A stretch of 13,348 bases of DNA. Source: a virus (lineage: Duplodnaviria > Heunggongvirae > Uroviricota > Caudoviricetes). Position numbers and translations under genes: made by a program. Position 1 is the first letter of the stretch, and each line of letters opens with the position of its first letter. The stretch lies in IMG/VR virus record IMGVR_UViG_2565956618_000002. One strand, given 5' to 3'. The notes below the pieces were generated by a model. That model searched no databases. It was not told the DNA's origin and saw nothing but the letters and a program-made list of their open reading frames with translations. Positions 7,129 through 13,348 of this stretch are shown here, piece after piece.

Positions 7129-9087
7129 TTACGCCGTACATTTCACCAGACCGCGGTGATCAACTGGCGCGACACCGGCGTCAATACGCACTTTCGTTGT
7201 CACGCCATCCACACTGAAGCCCTCCATCTGATCAATATATGGCGTATCCACACCGTTGAGATAAGCCACTTCAATCGTATCGGAGCCTTTTGACGCAGCC
7301 AGGTAGAAGGTGGTCTGGCTGTTATCATCAAGACGAGGCTCTGCAATAACGGTCGCAAAATCTTTCACCGGGTTAATAATACCGGCGTTAATGTCAGCCC
7401 CCTTGACACTTGAGGAGCGAATGACCTGGTTAGCAACAGACTCCATCGCCGTCGGTACCAGTACGAACGCAGGACGAATATTCAGATGACGCTCCCCCTC
7501 TTTCTGAACGCGCATCAACTGGCGGGCTTTATCCAGCGATGCCACGTCCATTGCAGCGCTCTCCAGTACGTTTGCATGTTTCGCTTTATCGAACAGACTT
7601 ACATTATCTGTGGAGATTTTCGGGTTAGACGTCAGAATGGCATAAACCAGATCGGCAATAGTGGATTTCGCCGCACGGCCCAGTTTCATCGGGACATCGG
7701 TCAGCATATTCAGATCATCATTGATAATGGCCTGACGGGTGATACTGAACAGCTCGCCATAGGTCGCCAGTGCAATAGTGGCCTGTTTATCTCCGGTGGT
7801 GACGTATTTATATTCCGCCCCTTCACGCACCTGACGCAGAGCACTGAAGCCCCCCATACCCACACGATGGGCAATTTTAAAATCAGACAACTGACCTTTC
7901 CGCGTCCACTGTTCATAGGTTTCAGGGGCATCTTCCCAGCCCTGCAGAATGGCTTTGTTCGCAACATCCAGCAGAATATTACCGAAGTCAGACGTACTGT
8001 GTGTGAACGCCGCACCGACCATCTGCATCGGGTTATAACCGGAAACCCCAATACCCCGTTCAGTTAGTGACATACGGGCATATTCACGCAGGGTCATCCC
8101 GTTGTAGACATTATCACGTTCGGTTTTTTCAAATCCGGCACGCGCCATCAGCGCCTGGCGGATCCCGTCCCCCACAAAATTACCGTTACCGGCATAAATA
8201 TGAGCCGGGGTATTTTTATTGGATGGCGTGGACTCGCGCCCCATCTCGTTCAACAGCTTTTCACGGGCCTGCTCCAGCGAACATTCAGGATCGGCAAGAC
8301 ACTGGGCCTGCAGCATCTGATAACGCCCGCCAAACATGGCAAACAGATCATTAATACCGTTTACACGCGCTTTTTGCTCTGCCAGTACCTGCGCACGGAT
8401 ACTGTTTTCATCCACCACGGGTGCTGCTGCCTGCACTGGCGTCCGGGAGGCTGCAGGTTCATCATCCTGTACGCGTGGAGCACTGTTGCGTGGCGGAGTA
8501 ATCATGTTTCGAATGGATTCCGGCATCTTTTTAAATTCCTCTGTACGTTTTGACTGAATACATGCCATTGCCTTAACGGCTGGTGTCACCTGATCAGCAA
8601 ATCCCTGTGCCAGACATTCGGCACCGGACATCCAGGTCTCATCCGCCAGCATGGCAGCAATTTCATCGGTGGTTTTCCCGGTTTTCTGTGCATAAGCGGG
8701 TAACAGAACCGCCTCAACTTTATCGAGCAGGTCGGCATAGGTGCGCATGTCCTCCGCATCACCGCCCGTAAAGCCAAATGGTTTATGAATCATCATGAAG
8801 GAGTTTTCCGGCATAATGACCGGGTTTCCCACCATCGCAATGACCGACGCCATTGACGCCGCCACACCGTCGACATAAACGGTAATGGACGCACCATGTG
8901 TTTTCAGTGCATTAAAAATGGCGATGCCTTCAAAGACATCGCCACCCGGTGAATTAATATGGAGATTAATGTGGGTGATATCGCCCAGTGCATTCAGATC
9001 ACTGATAAACTGCTTCGCTGTAACACCCCAGAAACCAATCTCGTCATAAATATAAATATCCGCGTCACTCTGGTGACCTGCCTGCAT
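7129..9087 (-). CDS. Prohead protease (ClpP-like) fused in frame to an HK97-fold major capsid protein
   Basis: N-terminal part has ClpP-like motifs (IYIYDEIGFWGVTAKQFISDL, INSPGGDVFEGIAIFNA, GVAASMASVIAMVG, MIHKP); C-terminal ~340 aa has major-capsid character. Start tentatively ATG 9087 (MQAGHQSDADIYIY), about 652 aa; weak RBS, so the start is uncertain. Confidence 0.8.
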   Translation of the reverse strand: MQAGHQSDADIYIYDEIGFWGVTAKQFISDLNALGDITHINLHINSPGGDVFEGIAIFNALKTHGASITVYVDGVAASMASVIAMVGNPVIMPENSFMMIHKPFGFTGGDAEDMRTYADLLDKVEAVLLPAYAQKTGKTTDEIAAMLADETWMSGAECLAQGFADQVTPAVKAMACIQSKRTEEFKKMPESIRNMITPPRNSAPRVQDDEPAASRTPVQAAAPVVDENSIRAQVLAEQKARVNGINDLFAMFGGRYQMLQAQCLADPECSLEQAREKLLNEMGRESTPSNKNTPAHIYAGNGNFVGDGIRQALMARAGFEKTERDNVYNGMTLREYARMSLTERGIGVSGYNPMQMVGAAFTHSTSDFGNILLDVANKAILQGWEDAPETYEQWTRKGQLSDFKIAHRVGMGGFSALRQVREGAEYKYVTTGDKQATIALATYGELFSITRQAIINDDLNMLTDVPMKLGRAAKSTIADLVYAILTSNPKISTDNVSLFDKAKHANVLESAAMDVASLDKARQLMRVQKEGERHLNIRPAFVLVPTAMESVANQVIRSSSVKGADINAGIINPVKDFATVIAEPRLDDNSQTTFYLAASKGSDTIEVAYLNGVDTPYIDQMEGFSVDGVTTKVRIDAGVAPVDHRGLVKCTA

Positions 9088-9100
9088 CCTGAACCAGGAA

Positions 9101-10609
9101 TTATTCTTCGGACTGGTCGTCGGTGTGCTGCGGCTCCTGTCGTTTCGTTGCGGCACTGCTGCCTCCTTTATCACTGGCCGGATCGGTATCAAATACCAGA
9201 TCCAGCTTGCGGTTTTCATCAATTTCGGCCTTGCGCCGACGTTTGACATCATCCGGATTACGACCACCTGCACGTACCCAGTCTGATTCTGTCGCCGCTC
9301 CACCACGAATCTGAATTTTCCAGGCCTCAGCCTCCTTAACAGGGTCAATCCACGGCATCACCGGTCCGGAATACACCGCGGTATACAGTGAAGATCGGTC
9401 CAGATCGCGGGGTAGCCTGATAACACCGGATGCCACAGCCTGTTTCAGCCAGGCACGGTACATCGGGCGGGTGACGGCACCAATAAACCAGTCCTGCAGG
9501 ATCAGGTAGCCATCAGTAGATTCAACCAGCTCCTGACGCTGGGCGCTGTAAGTGCCGTTATAGTTGCGCGCTGTACTGGAAAAACTCAGACGACTGCCCG
9601 CAGCCACGGCACGCAACTGACCATTACGAAAAGTTTCAAGGTTAGGATTGGGGCGATCCGACTTCACCATTCCGATTTCTTCGCCGGGTTTCAGATCGTC
9701 GTAAATAATGCCTGGCTGAATGGTAAGCTCGCGTTCATTCTCCTTGCTGTCATTACCATCCGTTTCATAGCTCTGTCCGTCGCCTTTCCGGATGTACATC
9801 CCCAGAGCAGCGGCGATCCTTGCTGCAGTCAGCTCAGAATCTTCATACTCTTTCAGAGCACTGAGGCGGATCAGCACACCGGACAACAAAGACGTCCCGC
9901 GCATCTGGTGCAGACGGCGAACAAATTTAAGATGCAGCATTCGCTCTGCATCCACTTCTTTGGTTTCCATCTGCCGCCCGGATACGGGACGGCTTTTATA
10001 CACCAGATATTTTTCGGGACGCCCCCAGTCATCAACAAACACGCCCTGATTCAGCCTGTTGCTCTCATCACTGGTCATGGGAATAAAGTCCGGCTCGAGC
10101 GCCTCCAGCCAGAAATGAACACCGGCAGAAGGCGTCAAGCTGTTTATGCGCCCGGAAACCATCTGGGCAAACACCTCACCATCGCGCAGCCAGGTACGCA
10201 GCATCAGACGTTCCAGCATCGGACGGGTAAACTGCCCGGTGACTTCCGGACTGACAGACCATTCACTCCATCGGGTGCGTATCTCCGCTGCCAGATCACG
10301 GGCAATGGCCCCATTGCGTAATACCGGATGTGGCTCGACAATAATCCCGTTTTTCCCCACCACCCGTTCTTCCAGCTTGTCAAATACACCAATGACCAGA
10401 TCGTGGTTGTTATCAAGGTAACGGGCCTGCTCACGTAACGACACGGCCCCGTACTGGCTTAACTGGTCGGCAGTTCGGTTCTCCCGTCGGGCTTTGTGTG
10501 TCCGCGTCGTTTTTACGGCCTCATAAGCCTGAATCACCGCACGGGAACGCAGCCTTGCCGCTTTCCATCCTGGTGAAAAAACGCCAATCACATCATCAAG
10601 AATTGCCAT
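9101..10609 (-). CDS. Portal protein
   Basis: About 503-aa ORF between the gpW-like gene and the protease/capsid gene. ATG at 10609 overlaps the W stop (TGATG). Not similar to lambda gpB by eye, so the call rests on position and size. Confidence 0.8.
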   Translation of the reverse strand: MAILDDVIGVFSPGWKAARLRSRAVIQAYEAVKTTRTHKARRENRTADQLSQYGAVSLREQARYLDNNHDLVIGVFDKLEERVVGKNGIIVEPHPVLRNGAIARDLAAEIRTRWSEWSVSPEVTGQFTRPMLERLMLRTWLRDGEVFAQMVSGRINSLTPSAGVHFWLEALEPDFIPMTSDESNRLNQGVFVDDWGRPEKYLVYKSRPVSGRQMETKEVDAERMLHLKFVRRLHQMRGTSLLSGVLIRLSALKEYEDSELTAARIAAALGMYIRKGDGQSYETDGNDSKENERELTIQPGIIYDDLKPGEEIGMVKSDRPNPNLETFRNGQLRAVAAGSRLSFSSTARNYNGTYSAQRQELVESTDGYLILQDWFIGAVTRPMYRAWLKQAVASGVIRLPRDLDRSSLYTAVYSGPVMPWIDPVKEAEAWKIQIRGGAATESDWVRAGGRNPDDVKRRRKAEIDENRKLDLVFDTDPASDKGGSSAATKRQEPQHTDDQSEE

Positions 10610-10821
10610 CAGAACCTCGCCAGCCGGTACCCGGGATGCCCCCGTCGTCGTGTAATCAGAGCCGCAAGGCGGCGCTCCCACTCCTGCCGTCCCTGCCGGA
10701 TCTCAGATAAGTTTTCCATGGTCATCTGCTGACCATTAAAAGTGACGGATTTTCCGTCCAGCACCGCCATTTCAGCTTCCGTATAACGCTGAATCATGGC
10801 TTCAATATCATTCTGATTCAT
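10609..10821 (-). CDS. W: Head completion / head-tail joining protein, lambda gpW-like
   Basis: 70 aa from ATG 10821 (GGAGG 6 nt upstream). C-terminus ...ITRRRGHPGYRLARF resembles lambda gpW ...TQRRRGPAGFYV. Its ATG overlaps the terminase stop (ATGA). Confidence 0.75.
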   Translation of the reverse strand: MNQNDIEAMIQRYTEAEMAVLDGKSVTFNGQQMTMENLSEIRQGRQEWERRLAALITRRRGHPGYRLARF

Positions 10822-12650
10822 AACCATCCTCCGGAAGTCAGCCAGGGGTTAACATCGTCAGTTACTGTTTTCTTCCGTTTTTGTTTTTTAACAGGCGTGG
10901 ATACCGGCTCCGGTGAGGGTGACGGTTCGGTACTGTCCGGGACACACTCCAGCCAGGTTTCCCGGCTCGCCCACTCCGGTGCATCCGGCCAGCGGATCTT
11001 TTCGTATCCATGCAGAATGACCAGCGCCTCGGCATACACCATCAGGTCAAAAGCTTCGTTGGCACCGCGACCCGGCTTACTCCATTTCCCGTCACTGCTC
11101 CGCTCTTCATACGTCAGTTCGTCGTAAAACCAGCTCCCCAGCCAGTCAGGGAAATGCACATAGCCTGGACCTGGCGAGTCACGCCATAACGCGTTATTCA
11201 CCCGGTCTTTCAGGGCATCCGTCTGAAGAAGCCAGAGCGGCACATCACCTGCGGCCTGCGCCCGGCGGCCCGTTCGTCCGGTGTTATCAGGGAATGTACG
11301 GCTGATCAGTTTTGCGCGCCGGATGCTGTCGCCCTTAAACAGGTAAATACGTTTACCAAGGCCATCACGACGGCAACGACGCCAGAATTTATAGGCATTA
11401 TCAGTGACCCCGTCTTCACCGCCGGAATCCACCGCCATTGCCATCAGTCGCATTTGTTGAGAAGGATCGGAGGCCAGCGGCCAGCTTTTATGAAAAACAT
11501 CCGTCAGCAGGACATCCCAGTCTTCCGGATAGCTGGCCGGATCAATTCGCTGGCTCTCCCCGTCGCAGTCACTGCGCAATGACTGCGTGATGTTGTAACG
11601 ATCAATAATCCAGCGTTCGCCACGGCTGCCATAGCCCGTTACCTGAACCACAAAACGGCGATGACGTCCCGCCTGCACATCCACTGTCGCCACAAGGAAA
11701 TTAACGCCATCCGGAACACTGCGGGAAGGAACTGGCTCTGCCCGCTGCTCAAGCAGTTCACTTTTTCGTTGCTCCATGCTGGCACGAGGAAGATAAGGCA
11801 ATCCCCAGTCGGTGTTGATAACCGCCCTGAGTGTTTCTTCGCTTCCTGTCGCTTCATACTCCTGTTCTGCAGTCAGTAATTTGTAAACCAGTTGCGCCCA
11901 GGTCTGATACGCAGCAGCTGGCCCTTCCATCCAGAAACTGGCGATACGGGAGCGGCGCGGTTCACCGGAAACGTTGCCGTTACGATCAATGACCTGACCT
12001 TCACGTAACCAGACTCCTGCACTATTGAGCTCACGCTTTTTCTCCGCAGTGATAATGCCGCTGCAGTGCGGGCAAAGTAGATACGCCGCCTCACTGGCTT
12101 TAAAGGGATCCGGTTCATTACGGTAGCCGGTCATGGCATCCATAGCTGGCTGAAAATATTCACCGCAGTGCGGACATGGCCAGTACCAGCGGCGGCGGTC
12201 ACCACGATTGTAAAGGGAAAGAATACCAGTCGTCGGTGGCGCTTCATGAGGCGACTTACGTCGCCATTTGCTGTCGCAGATGTCACGTCCCGGCGAGCTC
12301 TCCACCAGAGTCATCCCGGCGGACATAAATGTGGTGGTACGTTTTGAGGCCAGGGAGAAACCATCACCCTCGCTGTCGATATTCTCCGGAAAACGGTCGT
12401 AATCGGTTAAGGCGACAAACCGGTAATCCGACGACGACATAATGTTGACCGAGGGCCAACCAATTTTAAGGAACGAGCCATCCCTGAACGTCTTATCATG
12501 GACATTATTGTCGTTACGACGTGGACTCATTCTTTTCTTTACCGCCGCACTGCTTCTGAACGTTCTGTCGAGGCGCTTTTTAGAATGCTCGCGGGCCTTA
12601 TCTGATGCGCCGCGCGATAAATGCACTCTATCTTGTGCGATAAATGGCAT
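10818..12650 (-). CDS. Large terminase subunit (lambda gpA family), apparently 5'-truncated and possibly inactive
   Basis: 610-aa ORF with strong gpA-like regions (WPCPHCGEYF zinc-finger-like motif as lambda ACPHCGEE; VALTDYDRF near the lambda Walker B VAGYDE). No P-loop/Walker A motif is present, and similarity starts around lambda residue ~95-125. The frame is closed 30 bp below the invertase stop. Confidence 0.85.
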   Translation of the reverse strand: MPFIAQDRVHLSRGASDKAREHSKKRLDRTFRSSAAVKKRMSPRRNDNNVHDKTFRDGSFLKIGWPSVNIMSSSDYRFVALTDYDRFPENIDSEGDGFSLASKRTTTFMSAGMTLVESSPGRDICDSKWRRKSPHEAPPTTGILSLYNRGDRRRWYWPCPHCGEYFQPAMDAMTGYRNEPDPFKASEAAYLLCPHCSGIITAEKKRELNSAGVWLREGQVIDRNGNVSGEPRRSRIASFWMEGPAAAYQTWAQLVYKLLTAEQEYEATGSEETLRAVINTDWGLPYLPRASMEQRKSELLEQRAEPVPSRSVPDGVNFLVATVDVQAGRHRRFVVQVTGYGSRGERWIIDRYNITQSLRSDCDGESQRIDPASYPEDWDVLLTDVFHKSWPLASDPSQQMRLMAMAVDSGGEDGVTDNAYKFWRRCRRDGLGKRIYLFKGDSIRRAKLISRTFPDNTGRTGRRAQAAGDVPLWLLQTDALKDRVNNALWRDSPGPGYVHFPDWLGSWFYDELTYEERSSDGKWSKPGRGANEAFDLMVYAEALVILHGYEKIRWPDAPEWASRETWLECVPDSTEPSPSPEPVSTPVKKQKRKKTVTDDVNPWLTSGGWL

Positions 12651-12680
12651 CCACGCGGCGTTTCATTATTTGAAAAAGAA

Positions 12681-13253
12681 TTACATTTCAGGTTGCGTTA
12701 TGACAGTCCCAACAGGGTGATAGCGGTAGATCGTTGACAGTCCAATATCATAGATAATTGCCAGCCGCTTTCTGTCATACCCTTTCTGGAGCAATCTTGC
12801 GATCTGCTCATGCTGCTCCTTCGTCAGTTTCGGGCGACGTCCTCCAACTCTTCCTTGTGCTCGCGCAGCAGCCAGTCCTGCCAGCGTGCGCTCAACTATC
12901 AGTTCACGCTCCATTTCTGCCAGTGCACCCATCATATGAAAAAAGAACCTTCCCATCGGAGTGCTGGTATCGATTGAATCCGTCAGACTGCGAAAATTGA
13001 CACCTTTTGCGCGTAGCTCTTCTGTGAGAGCAATGAGGTGTTTCATTCTTCTACCCAACCGATCCAGCTTCCAGACCACCAATGTATCCCCTCTTTTAAG
13101 GCACTTTAAAGCGCGTTTCAGGCCTGGTCGTTCCGACTTGGTTCCGCTCATTTTGTCCTCAAAAATCTGTTCACATCCTGCGCACATTAATGCATTGCGT
13201 TGCAAATCTGTGTTTTGGTCATTTGTTGACACACGTATGTAGCCAATCAGCAT
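12681..13253 (-). CDS. pin: Serine DNA invertase of the Pin/Gin/Hin/Cin family
   Basis: MLIGYIRVSTNDQNTDLQRNALMCAGCEQIFEDK...GDTLVVWKLDRLGR...GRFFFHMMGALAEMERELIVERTLAGLAAARAQGR.GGRRPKLT... is almost co-linear with e14 Pin and Salmonella Hin as recalled; catalytic Ser in YIRVST. ATG at 13253; the track's extension to 13343 starts at a non-ATG codon and is not used. Confidence 0.93.
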   Translation of the reverse strand: MLIGYIRVSTNDQNTDLQRNALMCAGCEQIFEDKMSGTKSERPGLKRALKCLKRGDTLVVWKLDRLGRRMKHLIALTEELRAKGVNFRSLTDSIDTSTPMGRFFFHMMGALAEMERELIVERTLAGLAAARAQGRVGGRRPKLTKEQHEQIARLLQKGYDRKRLAIIYDIGLSTIYRYHPVGTVITQPEM

Positions 13254-13307
13254 TAAAAATACTCCCTTTTGAGTGGTTAAAGTACTGAGATAATGTGGGG
13301 AGGATTT

Positions 13308-13333
13308 GAGAGATAAACGTTGGTTTGGGGGAA
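13308..13333 (-). other. Candidate invertase crossover site (hix/gix-like), about 55 bp upstream of pin
   Basis: Minus strand reads TTCCCCCAAACCAACGTTTATCTCTC; it matches hixL (TTCTTGAAAACCAAGGTTTTTGATAA) at 15 of 26 positions, including the AAACC-AA-(G)GTTT core. The right half is diverged. Confidence 0.3.
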
Positions 13334-13348
13334 GGCTCTGCATTGCCT

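Noticed and set aside
7486-8067. Plus-strand ORF of 193 aa, with others at 8067..8354 and 8200..8553, antisense to the protease/capsid gene
   Set aside because: Entirely overlapped by the capsid ORF on the other strand; composition looks like chance open frame.
9088-9348. Upstream extensions of the protease/capsid ORF (to 9348) and portal ORF (to 10681)
   Set aside because: They would create long overlaps with the preceding genes and add non-homologous N-termini; internal ATGs at 9087 and 10609 fit the gene spacing better. The protease start remains uncertain.
9908-10321. Plus-strand ORF of 137 aa antisense to the portal gene
   Set aside because: Same reasoning: antisense chance ORF inside a well-supported gene.
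12651-12720. Search for a second hix/gix-like site between the invertase stop and the terminase
   Set aside because: No AAACC..GGTTT core is visible in this AT-rich 30-bp gap or the adjacent sequence, so there is no evidence that the invertase gene itself lies inside an invertible segment within this window.
13254-13343. 5' extension of the invertase ORF (MQSLPPNQRLSLKSSPHYLSTLTTQKGVFL...)
   Set aside because: The extension starts at a non-ATG codon, and invertases of this family begin at the M-x-IGY-x-RVST motif, which is the ATG at 13253 with a GGGAG upstream.
1-13348. Looked for CRISPR repeats, tRNA/rRNA genes, toxin-antitoxin pairs or a defence-system cassette
   Set aside because: The window is fully occupied by recognisable virion genes plus the invertase; no repeat-spacer structure, no tRNA-like sequence and no unassigned gene-sized gap was seen.

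Overview
The window is one continuous block of lambda-like siphovirus virion genes, all on the minus strand and tightly packed, with a Pin-type serine DNA invertase at the right end. Read in the direction of transcription (high to low coordinates) the order is: invertase, large terminase (apparently 5'-truncated), gpW-like, portal, ClpP-protease/major-capsid fusion, small DUF2190-like head protein, FII-like, Z, U, V, G and G-T (-1 frameshift), tape measure H, M, and L (runs off the window start). The tail genes resemble phage lambda by direct sequence comparison from memory (L is near-identical over the visible part; V, U, M and the H termini are clearly homologous). The head genes are of a different, HK97-like type, so the cluster is mosaic. 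No tRNA, rRNA, CRISPR array or recognisable defence system was seen. The most unusual point is the junction at about 12.5-12.7 kb: the invertase stops 30 bp upstream of a large-terminase ORF that lacks its N-terminal Walker A region, and there is no small terminase or cos region where lambda synteny would place them. This looks like a defective or rearranged prophage rather than a new system. All homology statements are from reading the translations and recall of lambda proteins; no database search was run. Plus-strand ORFs in the track are antisense to these genes and are treated as spurious.
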